Below are positions 40,101-49,588 of a stretch of DNA of 64,000 bases, piece by piece. The position numbers were made by a program, and so were the translations under genes. Source of the DNA: Spirochaetia bacterium (lineage in GTDB: Bacteria > Spirochaetota > Spirochaetia > SZUA-6 > Bin103); contig CBDBDQ010000005.1 of the NCBI GenBank assembly GCA_965203905.1, positions 7,072,001 through 7,136,000 on the forward strand, given 5' to 3'. Below the pieces are notes generated by a model. It was not told where the DNA came from. It saw only the letters and a program-made list of their open reading frames with translations, and made no database searches. Within the stretch, counting starts at the first letter, position 1. Every line of letters starts with the position of its first letter.

Positions 40101-41416
40101 ACCGAATACTTACAACGACGATGCCGCAAGTGTCGCCAAGGAAGAAGGTTACGAGACCTGGATGGACGCGTTCGCGGCCCACCATTCCGACCGCGGACAC
40201 TCCGGCTCGCGGCCGGTGGCGCACCGCTTTCCCGAGCTGCCCACCACTGACACCTGGGTGCTGAAGGAGGCCAAGCCGGGAGTCCGCTTCTGGGGCCGCA
40301 ACCCCTTCTACTGGAAGGTGGACACGGCCGGCAATCAGCTCCCCTACGCCGACGGCGTGCAGGTGCTGGTCGTCGAGAACCCGGCCGACGTGGTGCCGGC
40401 CAAGGCGATGGCCGGCGAGCTCGACTGGCCCAAGAACGAGTTCATGGACATCGCCGACGCACCGGCCTACCGCCGCAACGAGGCCTCGGGAGGCTACCGC
40501 ACCCATCTCTGGCCCAGCTATGGCGGCGCCTTCGCCTTCGGCGTGGTGCTCAACTACACCAACAAGGATCCGGTCAAGCGCGAGCTGTTCAACGACCTGC
40601 GCTTCCGCCAGGCGCTGTCGCTGTCGATCAACCGCCAGGAGATCAGCGACAAGCTGTACTTCGGCGAGTCGGTCCCCTGGGTGGCCCCGGTCAGTCCCAC
40701 CTGGACCGGGTTCGAGGACTGGATGGCGACCCACTATGCCGAGTACGACGTGGACCGCGCCAACGCGCTGCTGGACGAGATCGGGCTGGCCTGGGACGCC
40801 GACCGCACCTGGCGCGTGCAGTCGGACGGCAAGCCGCTGGCCATCGACGGCAGCTACAGCAGCAACCTGCAGACCACCGCCGACGCCATGGAGCTGCTGT
40901 CCCGCTACTGGGCGGCGATCGGGGTGCGGATGGAACCGAAGTTCGTGCAGGGCGAGCTGTGGACGGAACGCGGCTTCGCCAACCTGTGGGACGCCGGCTT
41001 CGGCGGTCACGGGACTCCCGAGGCGGTGGCGCGTGCCGACTACCCGCTGAACCTGATCCCGCCGTGGCACTACTACCACTGCTGTCCCAAGTCCTCCTAC
41101 CCGTGGGGCACCTGGTACCACACGTTCGGCGAGCAGGGCGAGGTGCCGCCGCCGGAGATCCAGCGGCTGTTCGAGCTTGCCGATGAGTGGGCGAAGACGA
41201 AGCCGGGCACCCAGGAGTATCACGACACGGTCAATGAGCTGATCAGGTTGAACGTGGAGAACCTGTACGCGATCGGCACCGTGTCGACGCCGCCGACGCC
41301 GATGATCGTGAACAACCGGGTGGGCAACGTGCCGGGTGAGATCGGCTACCTGCTGATGAGCCAGGTGGAGACCTACAACATCGATACGATCTACATAAAG
41401 AGCTGATGATCCTTCG

Positions 41417-41442
41417 GGGACCTGACCACTGGTCGGGTCCCC
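41417..41442 (+). terminator. Stem-loop after the binding-protein gene
   Basis: GGGGACCTGACCA-C-TGGTCGGGTCCCC inverted repeat. Confidence 0.55.
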
Positions 41443-41478
41443 CTTGCGATCCGAGTCGAATGGCCGACGGCTGAGGCG

Positions 41479-42471
41479 ATGTCCGGGTACCTGGTCCGGC
41501 GCCTGCTCTACATGCTGCTGCTGCTGTGGCTGGTGAGCGTGGTGGCGTTCACCATCATCCAGCTCCCGCAGGGCGACTTCGTCACCTCGCTCGCGGTGCG
41601 CCTCGGCGAGCAGGGCGAGACGGTCACCCAGGAACTGCTCGACGGCCTGCGCCGCCGCTACGGCCTGGACCAGCCGGCGCACGTGCAGTACCTGAAGTGG
41701 TTCGGCAACGTGCTGCGCGGCGACTTCGGTTTTTCGTTCTACACCAACCGGCCGGTGAGCGATGTCATTGGAGAACGCCTGGCGCTCACCGTGCTGATAT
41801 CGGTCTGCTCGCTGGCGTTCTCCTACGGCGTCGGGATCCCCGTCGGCATCTACTCGGCGACTCACCAGTACCGGTTCGGTGACTACCTGTTCATGGCCGT
41901 CGGCTTCATCGGCCTGGCCACGCCCAATTTTCTGCTGGCGCTGGTGCTGATGTTCGTCGCCCTGGAGCTGGAGATGAGCGTGGGCGGCCTGTTCTCCCCC
42001 GAGTACCTGCGCGCGGGGTGGAGCCTCGCCAAGTTCGTCGACCTGCTCAAGCACCTGCCGCTGCCGGTAGTGATCGTCGGCACCGCGGGCACGGCGGGGC
42101 TGATCCGCATCATGCGCGGCCAGCTCCTGGACGAGCTGGAGCGCCTGTACGTGATCACCGCCCGCTCCAAGGGAGTGAGCGAGGTCCGCCTGCTGTTCAA
42201 GTACCCGGTGCGGGTGGCGGTGAACCCGATGATCAGCACCATCGGCTGGCTGTTGCCGGAGATCGTTTCCGGCAGCACCATCACCTCGCTGGTGCTGGGC
42301 CTGCCCACGGTGGGACCGCTGCTGTTCGTCGCCCTCACCAGCCAGGACATGTTCCTGGCCTCGACCCTGGTCCTGTTCCTCAGCGCGCTCACCGTCCTCG
42401 GCACGTTCATCTCCGACATACTGCTGAGCGCCATGGACCCGCGCATCCGCATGAGCCGCCAGAACGCATGA
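41479..42471 (+). CDS. Dpp/Opp permease B
   Basis: YGLDQP, GDFG and YVITARSKG motifs. Confidence 0.92.
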   Translation: MSGYLVRRLLYMLLLLWLVSVVAFTIIQLPQGDFVTSLAVRLGEQGETVTQELLDGLRRRYGLDQPAHVQYLKWFGNVLRGDFGFSFYTNRPVSDVIGERLALTVLISVCSLAFSYGVGIPVGIYSATHQYRFGDYLFMAVGFIGLATPNFLLALVLMFVALELEMSVGGLFSPEYLRAGWSLAKFVDLLKHLPLPVVIVGTAGTAGLIRIMRGQLLDELERLYVITARSKGVSEVRLLFKYPVRVAVNPMISTIGWLLPEIVSGSTITSLVLGLPTVGPLLFVALTSQDMFLASTLVLFLSALTVLGTFISDILLSAMDPRIRMSRQNA

Positions 42472-43580
42472 GTGAAAAAACTACGACGTCTCGCGCCAAA
42501 GAAGAGTCCTACTACCTCGCCTCCCAGTGGCAGCTCATGTGGCGCAAGTTCCGGCGCCACCACCTGGCCCTGGTCGGCGGCGTGATCCTCGGGCTGCTGT
42601 ACCTGGCGGCGCTGGGGGCCGACTTCATCGCGCCCTACGACCCCAACGAGCTGTACGAGCACATCCATCACCCGCCGTCGCGGATCCGCTTCCTGCACGA
42701 GGGACGGCTGGTGGGGCCGTTCGTGTACGGAGTCACCGAGACGTTCGACCGGGAAGCGTACCAGTCGGTGTATACCGTGGATCGCAGCGTCCGCTACCGG
42801 GTGCGGCTGTTCGTTCGCGGCGCCCCGTACCGGTTTGCCGGTCTGCTACCGTCGCGGCTCCACCTGCTCGGAGCGGAAGATCCCGGACGGGTGTTTCTGT
42901 TCGGTACCGATACGCTCGGCCGCGACCTCTTCTCGCGCACCGTCCACGCCTCCCGCATCTCGCTCTCCATCGGGCTGGTAGGCGTGGCGCTGAGCTTCGT
43001 GATCGGAACCGCGCTTGGTGGCCTGTCCGGCTACTACGGCGGCCGCGTCGACACCTTCGTCCAGCGCTGTATCGAGTTCCTCATCTCCCTGCCCACCATT
43101 CCGCTGTGGATGGCGCTGGCCGCCGCGCTGCCGGCGGAGTGGAACGTGCTCCAGATCTACTTCGGCATCGTCATCATCCTGTCGCTGGTAAGCTGGGGCG
43201 GGCTGGCGCGCGTGGTGCGCGGCAAGCTGCTGGAGCTGCGCGAGCACGACTTCGTGATGGCGGCCCAGATCGGCGGCATGCGGGAGCTGACCATCATCCG
43301 CCGCCACCTGCTGCCCTCGTTCGCCAGCTACCTGATCGTGCACCTCACCCTGGCGATCCCGCGCATGATCCTGGCCGAGACCGCGCTCAGCTTCCTCGGC
43401 CTGGGTTTGCGTTCGCCGGCGCTGAGCTGGGGCGTGCTGCTGCAACGGGCGCAGAACTTCCGCAGCGTGGCCATCTACCCCTGGCTGCTGATCCCCGCCG
43501 CCTTCGTGATCATCACCGTGATGGCCTTCAACTTCGTAGGCGACGGCCTGCGCGACGCCGCCGACCCCTACAAGCAGTAA
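42468..43580 (+). CDS. Dpp/Opp permease C
   Basis: GTDTLGRD, ETALSFLGLG and GDGLRDAADP motifs. Confidence 0.92.
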   Translation: MSEKTTTSRAKEESYYLASQWQLMWRKFRRHHLALVGGVILGLLYLAALGADFIAPYDPNELYEHIHHPPSRIRFLHEGRLVGPFVYGVTETFDREAYQSVYTVDRSVRYRVRLFVRGAPYRFAGLLPSRLHLLGAEDPGRVFLFGTDTLGRDLFSRTVHASRISLSIGLVGVALSFVIGTALGGLSGYYGGRVDTFVQRCIEFLISLPTIPLWMALAAALPAEWNVLQIYFGIVIILSLVSWGGLARVVRGKLLELREHDFVMAAQIGGMRELTIIRRHLLPSFASYLIVHLTLAIPRMILAETALSFLGLGLRSPALSWGVLLQRAQNFRSVAIYPWLLIPAAFVIITVMAFNFVGDGLRDAADPYKQ

Positions 43581-43682
43581 TCTCCCGGCCGCGCTCCCGG
43601 CACCGAGCAGCGGTTCCGAGGGCTCCGAGTCACCTGATTCGCCCGCCCCGCGGTTGCGCGTATAATTCGGTTGGACCCTGCC

Positions 43683-44663
43683 ATGCCCACGCGCGCTCCC
43701 CGAAATCGTACCGTCTCATGCACCGAAGCGGATCGCGAGCGACTGGCACACCACGTCCTGCGGCTGGGTGGCTCCGTCTCCTGCCGCGATCTTGCCGGCC
43801 ATGTTGTCGCCGGCGACTTCTTTACCGTGGCGAAACACTTCCCCTCTGCCTTCGTCGACCTGCTCATCCTGGATCCGCCATACAATATTTCCAAGGACTT
43901 CAATGGCAGCGCCTTCCGGAAAAAACCGGCAGATGAATACCGCCGTTGGTTTCAGGATCTCATCGATCTTCTCATGCCGATGATGAAACCGAACGCGACG
44001 CTGTACGTGTGTTCGGACTGGAGCACATCGACACTGATCTTCCCCGTCCTGAACGCGGCATTTCAGGTCCGGAATCGAATCACCTGGGAACGGGACAAGG
44101 GTCGAGGCGCGAAGACGAACTGGAAGAACAACGCCGAGGACATCTGGTTCTGCACCAGGTCGGACGAGTATTACTTCAACGTGGAGGCGGTGAAGCTGAA
44201 GCGCAGGGTGCTCGCACCCTACCGCGCGCACGGGACGCCGAAGGACTGGTCCGAAGAGTCCAATGGCAAGTTCCGCCTGACCCATCCGTCGAACATCTGG
44301 ACCGACATCACCGTCCCGTTCTGGTCGATGTCGGAAAACACCGACCATCCGGCTCAGAAGCCGGAAAAACTGATCGCGAAGCTGACTCTGGCGAGCTCGA
44401 GACCGGGCGACTGGGTATTCGATCCTTTTCTCGGCAGCGGCACCACCGCGGTCGTTGCGGAAAAGCTCTCACGCCGTTGGTGCGGCGTCGAGATCGATGC
44501 CGAATACCAGTGTCTGGCACTCAAGCGGCTCGCCGCGGCCAGGACCGATCGGTCGATCCAGGGTTACGCTGACGGCGTGTTCTGGGAACGCAACGCTTTT
44601 TCCGGCCGCACGCGGAGGGCCGAACATGACAGCGCAAGCGGACAATCGGATCTGTTCGCATGA
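43683..44663 (+). CDS. DNA amino-methyltransferase (N6-A/N4-C, beta class)
   Basis: DPPY precedes HPAQKP and DPFLGSGTT; TATAAT at 43661. Confidence 0.92.
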   Translation: MPTRAPRNRTVSCTEADRERLAHHVLRLGGSVSCRDLAGHVVAGDFFTVAKHFPSAFVDLLILDPPYNISKDFNGSAFRKKPADEYRRWFQDLIDLLMPMMKPNATLYVCSDWSTSTLIFPVLNAAFQVRNRITWERDKGRGAKTNWKNNAEDIWFCTRSDEYYFNVEAVKLKRRVLAPYRAHGTPKDWSEESNGKFRLTHPSNIWTDITVPFWSMSENTDHPAQKPEKLIAKLTLASSRPGDWVFDPFLGSGTTAVVAEKLSRRWCGVEIDAEYQCLALKRLAAARTDRSIQGYADGVFWERNAFSGRTRRAEHDSASGQSDLFA

Positions 44664-45328
44664 AATCGCGGTTCTACTACGACGGTCACCATCAGGCCGT
44701 AGCCATCGGTATCAGAGATCACCTGAATTCGGTAGCCGACTTCCTCACACCGCAGACTGCCAACAGTCCCAGAGCTGTCGGTGACGCGCTGGAGTCGATC
44801 GTCGCCGAGCAGTTCGATGCTCTCCTCGGCGCGTGGTGCGCAGAATACTCAAGCGACTTCGCCCGTCGTGCTATGGCGGACCTCGCTTTCACCGATCGAG
44901 AGGGCATCTACTCAGTAGTGGACGTCAAGACCCACCGGGAAGACACTCGATTCAACATGCCCAACCTCACGTCGGTGGAGCGGCTTACCCGATTCTACGA
45001 ATCCGATGCCAACGTGTTTGCGCTATTGCTCATCAGGTACTCGATCCAGGACACGAGCTTTACGGCATCCGAAGTCATATTCGCGCCGATTGAGTTTCTG
45101 GATTGGGACTGTCTTACGATAGGGGCGTTGGGCTGGGGGCAGATCCAGATAGCCAACGCAAACGACGTCCGCGTCAGGGATCGATATTCGCGGAAGCGAT
45201 GGATGTTGGAACTCTGCGACACGATGATCGAGTTCTATCCGAGGGAGATCGACAAGATTCGTAGCAGGATGGACCGATTCGCTGACGTGCGGGCATACTG
45301 GGAATCGAAGCAGGACGTATGGGAATGA
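44660..45328 (+). CDS. Putative type II restriction endonuclease
   Basis: ATGA-coupled to the methyltransferase; GDALE...MADLAF...VDVKT PD-(D/E)XK pattern. Confidence 0.7.
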   Translation: MKSRFYYDGHHQAVAIGIRDHLNSVADFLTPQTANSPRAVGDALESIVAEQFDALLGAWCAEYSSDFARRAMADLAFTDREGIYSVVDVKTHREDTRFNMPNLTSVERLTRFYESDANVFALLLIRYSIQDTSFTASEVIFAPIEFLDWDCLTIGALGWGQIQIANANDVRVRDRYSRKRWMLELCDTMIEFYPREIDKIRSRMDRFADVRAYWESKQDVWE

Positions 45329-45344
45329 AGGAAGGCGGCTACGA

Positions 45345-45625
45345 AGAGTCATTCACCCGGACCATAAGATTCTCGGAGTAGCGACGGTCTTCGTGGGGAC
45401 TCTCGTCCCCGTACAGTGGTTGATCGACTACCTGGAGGCGGACCGATCGCTGGCCGAGTTTCTGGACGACTTCCCCAGTGTTACCGGCAGCCAAGCTATC
45501 GCAGTGCTGGAACAGGCGAAGTACGACATCGACTCACTCATGCCGCCGATGCCTGCCGTCCGCGACGCGTTCCGCGACGTGGAGCCTGCGCGGATCATAG
45601 AGCTTGTCGAACAGCGCTGCCAGAC
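45345..45625 (+). pseudogene. Decayed DUF433 antitoxin fused to the tail of a PIN (DUF5615-like) toxin
   Basis: RVIHPDHKILG..VFVGTLVPV..LIDYLE...FLDDFPSV...AVLEQAK runs at ~45521 into YDIDSLMPPMPAVRDAFRDVEPARIIEL; no proper start codon. Confidence 0.6.
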
Positions 45626-45723
45626 GCAGTGCAATGTCGCCGGGGTCGCGCATCGAGCCGACGACGTCTTCGGGCCTCGGGTGCGATCAATGTACGCATG
45701 TGCGCTCCTTGGCATGAAAATGA

Positions 45724-46509
45724 TCACGTGAGCTGCATGCCGGATGAGCCTCTAATTGTGGCTGTAATCTTTGCACGCCGGGGCGAAATGACCTCATCAA
45801 AGATCTCCTGAACGAAAGGCGCAACCCAATATTGAGAATCAGGTGCCGGCTGTACTCCACATTCGAGGGCATCGGTATAGTCACTAGACATCATATAGTG
45901 ATCCTTCAAGAAAAAGACGTACCCAAGGTGCATAACAAGGAGATCTTGTGCATCGGCTCTGAACGTGTCTATCCACGGCATTCGAGTCGGAAGACTAACT
46001 TCGTTGTCATTAACCAATACATGGTGATAGAATTTGTAGTGTGTATGGGCATTGCAGCGATCTCGTATAGATCTGTACCGATTTTCAGATAGTAGAATGG
46101 TTATCGGTTTGGCCATCTGTGCATTGGTGATGTACTTGCGCATTGTTTCATATTGTGGCAACTGTGCTTTGCCGGCCAACCATTTTTGAATTTTTTTTAC
46201 GATGAAGTTCTGAGTGCTGAAATGCTCGGCCAGGTAGAGCTTGGTGTAAATGTCGATAACAGCCGAATCGTAGTATTTTCTAAGTAGACAATATGCATCG
46301 TTGATCCGTCCCGACAGAAGAATAGCTTGGATAGATTCAAGTGTGCCATGCATGGAGCTGTACGTGTAGCTATCAATATTCTCTATTGATTTGACTCCCA
46401 TAGTTGGGAAGCGAAATACGGACATTGTCAGACTTTTGTAGAAGGAGATATTTCGCGCGAGGTCTGCGAATACGCTATGGGACTGGTATGCCTCGCTATT
46501 TACTTGCAT
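45724..46509 (-). CDS. Low-GC hypothetical protein, possibly HEPN-like
   Basis: 261-aa ORF with DAYCLLRKYYDS and RDRCNAHTH; promoter TTGACA-N17-TAGACT at 46647-46619. Confidence 0.65.
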   Translation of the reverse strand: MQVNSEAYQSHSVFADLARNISFYKSLTMSVFRFPTMGVKSIENIDSYTYSSMHGTLESIQAILLSGRINDAYCLLRKYYDSAVIDIYTKLYLAEHFSTQNFIVKKIQKWLAGKAQLPQYETMRKYITNAQMAKPITILLSENRYRSIRDRCNAHTHYKFYHHVLVNDNEVSLPTRMPWIDTFRADAQDLLVMHLGYVFFLKDHYMMSSDYTDALECGVQPAPDSQYWVAPFVQEIFDEVISPRRAKITATIRGSSGMQLT

Positions 46510-46871
46510 CAGACATTACTCGTTAAATATTAATTGGAAATGGGGAGTAACAGTCGGTCTCGCTTCTTGATTCTTTCGCGGGGAGGTGGCCCCGATTCGG
46601 TTACACAGTATAAGGGGTAGTCTATAGTGTATTCCGTTGGTTGTCAACAAGGTGTGACAGCGGCTGGGCGTTTCCCAGTGGGCCTGATTTTCGCGCTCGT
46701 ACTTGCAATAGGGATAGGGTAAAGGACCAGGGACCAGCGGGCGTTCGCACCTCGACGATAAACGTACGGACGTTCTCTGTTGGTTCCTGCCGGTACAGTA
46801 ACAGCGCGTCGCAGAACTTGGGGTGACGATGAACGCTGGCAGCCCCTCGCTGGCCAATCCTCTCTGCCGAT

Positions 46872-48137
46872 TCAGAGGACTGACGCGGTGGGGAGTTCCG
46901 AGAGCAGGGTTTCCGGGAAGCGGAGGTAGGTTACCTGCTGCCAGCGGTGGGGGATGAACAGGTGCACCGTCCCGCGGTCGATGAACAGGTCCATGTAGGA
47001 GCACTGGTGGTTGCGGAACGGGGTGTCGAACGAGGGCTCCAGCGCGTTGGCCAGCAGGAAGCGCGGCTCGGACCAGGAACGGCCGCGGTCCGAGGAGAGG
47101 GCGACCCATAGTTCCGAGCGGTCGGCCATCAGCTCCGGCTTGCTGCCGCTGAGCCCGGTGTAGTCGAGGTCATGGTGCCGGTTGTGGTGGAAGGCGGCCA
47201 GGGTGGCGCCGTCCGAGAGCCGGAACAGCATCGGCGGGGCGTCCGGGTGGACCAGCGGCGTCGGCTCGGGATAGCTCCAGCTCCTGCCGTCGTCCATGCT
47301 GCGCGCCTGCCACAGGTGCCCTTCCGGCGACCGCGCCATGAGCAGTATCTCGCCGGCGCCGAGATCGATCGGCCGGCCTTCGTCCATCCTCCCGAAGCAA
47401 CGCGCGAACCAGCCGCCGTGCCGGACCTCGGGCAGCAGTTGCCAGCTCGCACCCTGGTCCTCGCTGCGCAACAGGTACTGGCGGGTCAACAGCGGCTTGT
47501 AGCTCCAGTCCGCTTCGTGGGAACCGATCAGCCAGGTTCCCGCCTCGGTCTCGCACATGCGCATCACCGACATGCCCGTGAAGCGGGGGTCGTTGTCCGG
47601 CTCGATCAGGCGCACGTCGCTCCAGGTGTGCCCGTCATCGTCCGACCACCGGTAGCCGATCGGGGCGTTCTCCTGCAGCCCGCGTTCGCGGGTACGGCGG
47701 CCCCAGATCGGCTGCGTGCCGAAGGAGTAGATGCGACTGCCGCCACGCGGGATCAGCGGCACGAACCCGTGCTGGTTGTAGTCGATGGCGAAGGAGATCG
47801 TGGGGCCGTGCCAGGTGTCACCGCCATCCGCGGATCGGAACGCCACCAGGTCGTTGATCTTGCGCGCGGCGCGGCCGTAGTGGCAGCCGCCCTCGGCCGG
47901 GTCGTGATCGGCGCTGTCGGTGGGGAACATCAGCAGGTAGTCGCCACCGGGGGTGACCGTGGCGCGGGTCTCGAACAGCGTTCCCGGCGCGCGGTAGATC
48001 ACCTGCCCCTGCACTCCCGGCACCGAGAGCAGCCCGACCTGTTCCAGCGCCACCAGGCCGTCGGGCGGGGAGCCCACGCTGATGGGCGCTCCATGAACGG
48101 TGGTGCGGTCGGCCAGCGGCAGCGGTTGGTACGTCAT
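46872..48137 (-). CDS. Sialidase-family (Asp-box/BNR) protein
   Basis: Five Asp-boxes: SADGGDTW, SDDDGHTW, SEDQGASW, SMDDGRSW, SSDRGRSW. Confidence 0.85.
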   Translation of the reverse strand: MTYQPLPLADRTTVHGAPISVGSPPDGLVALEQVGLLSVPGVQGQVIYRAPGTLFETRATVTPGGDYLLMFPTDSADHDPAEGGCHYGRAARKINDLVAFRSADGGDTWHGPTISFAIDYNQHGFVPLIPRGGSRIYSFGTQPIWGRRTRERGLQENAPIGYRWSDDDGHTWSDVRLIEPDNDPRFTGMSVMRMCETEAGTWLIGSHEADWSYKPLLTRQYLLRSEDQGASWQLLPEVRHGGWFARCFGRMDEGRPIDLGAGEILLMARSPEGHLWQARSMDDGRSWSYPEPTPLVHPDAPPMLFRLSDGATLAAFHHNRHHDLDYTGLSGSKPELMADRSELWVALSSDRGRSWSEPRFLLANALEPSFDTPFRNHQCSYMDLFIDRGTVHLFIPHRWQQVTYLRFPETLLSELPTASVL

Positions 48138-48259
48138 CGCGAGGAGCCGACCTTACCACCGGCATCGTGGCCGCTCAAGCGCAGACAGGCGCACAGGCGC
48201 ACGTCACGCGAGCGCACGCCGGGCGGCGCGCGTCCGCGGAGTATGGTAGGCTGCGCGCG

Positions 48260-49579
48260 ATGGGCATCACACAGCGGCAGCGGGAGCTGCTGGCGCACAC
48301 CTGGGTCGACTTCATGCCGATGCAGCGCTTCGCCGAGGCGCCGCTGATCGTGGAGCGGGCCGACGGCGTCTACTACTGGGACGTGGCGGGCAAGCGCTAC
48401 CTGGACGCCATCGGCGGCGTCTTCGTGGCCAGCCTCGGCCACCGCCACCCACGCCTGCTGGAGGCCGTGCGCACGCAGCTGGAGCGGCTCACCCTGGCGC
48501 CGCCGATGCACGGGGTAGCCGACGTGACCCTGGAGCTGGTAGAGCGCCTCGGCGCGGTCACGCCCGGCGACCTCGACTTCATCAAGACCTTCAGCGGCGG
48601 CTCGGAAGCCAACGAAGCCGCCATCAAGCTCGCGCGCCAGTACTGGAAGCAGAGCGGCCATCCCGGCAAGTACAAGGTGATCAGCCGCTACTTCGGCTAC
48701 CACGGCAGCACCTTCGGCGCCATGGCCGCCAGCGGCACCGGACCGCGCAAGAGCAAGTTCGAGCCGCAGATGGGGGGCTTCGTGAAGGTGTTTCCCCCCA
48801 CCCACTACCGCGACCGCTTCGCCACCTGGGAGGAGTGCAACCGCTTCGCCGCCGCCAGCGTGGAGGACGTGATCGTGGCCGAGGACCCGGAGACGGTGGC
48901 CGCCGTGATGCTGGAGCCGATCGGCAATACCGGCGGCATCATCACCCCCACCGGGGAATACCTCGCACTGTTGCGCGAGATCTGCGACCGTCACTCCGTG
49001 CTGCTGATCTTCGACGAGGTGATCACCGGGTTCGGCAAGACCGGCAGCATGTTCGCAGCCCAGACCTTCGGCGTGACCCCCGACGTCATCTGCTGCGGCA
49101 AGGGCATGTCCTCGGGGGTGGTGCCGATCGGCGCCATCGCCGCGCGCCGCGGCATCGGGACAAGCTTCTGGGGCGACGAGCGGGACAACGTCCACTTCGC
49201 CCACGGCAACACCTACGCCGGCAATCCCCTGGCCGCCGCCGCCGCCATCGCCGTGCTCGACGTCATCGAAGACGACGACCTGTGCGCACGCGCCCGCGAC
49301 CACGGCGCCTGGCTGCGCACGCGGCTGGAGGCTCTGCACGACACCGGCGTGGTGCGCGAGGTACGGGGGCGCGGGGTGTGGCTCGGGGTCGAGCTGACAG
49401 ACCCGCGCGTGGGGACGGCCCTGGCACGCCGTGCGGTCGGCGACGGGCTCATCCTGCGGGTCGATCCCGGCTGGTTCGCCATCGCCCCGGCGCTCACCGC
49501 CAGCCGCGCCGAGCTCGAAGCGATCTGCGACCGGATCGAGGCCAGCCTCAGCGCCGCCATCTCCGACGCCGGCTTGTAG
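48260..49579 (+). CDS. Class III PLP aminotransferase
   Basis: GGSEANE, YHGST, FDEVITGFGKTG and CGKG motifs. Confidence 0.93.
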   Translation: MGITQRQRELLAHTWVDFMPMQRFAEAPLIVERADGVYYWDVAGKRYLDAIGGVFVASLGHRHPRLLEAVRTQLERLTLAPPMHGVADVTLELVERLGAVTPGDLDFIKTFSGGSEANEAAIKLARQYWKQSGHPGKYKVISRYFGYHGSTFGAMAASGTGPRKSKFEPQMGGFVKVFPPTHYRDRFATWEECNRFAAASVEDVIVAEDPETVAAVMLEPIGNTGGIITPTGEYLALLREICDRHSVLLIFDEVITGFGKTGSMFAAQTFGVTPDVICCGKGMSSGVVPIGAIAARRGIGTSFWGDERDNVHFAHGNTYAGNPLAAAAAIAVLDVIEDDDLCARARDHGAWLRTRLEALHDTGVVREVRGRGVWLGVELTDPRVGTALARRAVGDGLILRVDPGWFAIAPALTASRAELEAICDRIEASLSAAISDAGL

Positions 49580-49588
49580 CGACGCGGG

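Larger units (their letters stand above)
37523..40113 (+). mobile_element. IS66-family insertion sequence, 2591 bp, two ORFs
   Basis: TIRs GTAAACATTCGGTCTAC / GTAGACCGAATACTTAC (15/17 match); 8-bp TSD AACGACGA at 37515-37522 and 40114-40121. Confidence 0.95.
36735..41406 (+). pseudogene. Family 5 (Dpp/Opp) solute-binding protein interrupted by IS66
   Basis: 36735-37522 joined to 40122-41406 rebuilds one 690-aa frame (...LEYND|DAASVAKEEG...); LPPVEER, KWSDG, NPFYWKVD and FRQALS motifs. Confidence 0.92.
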
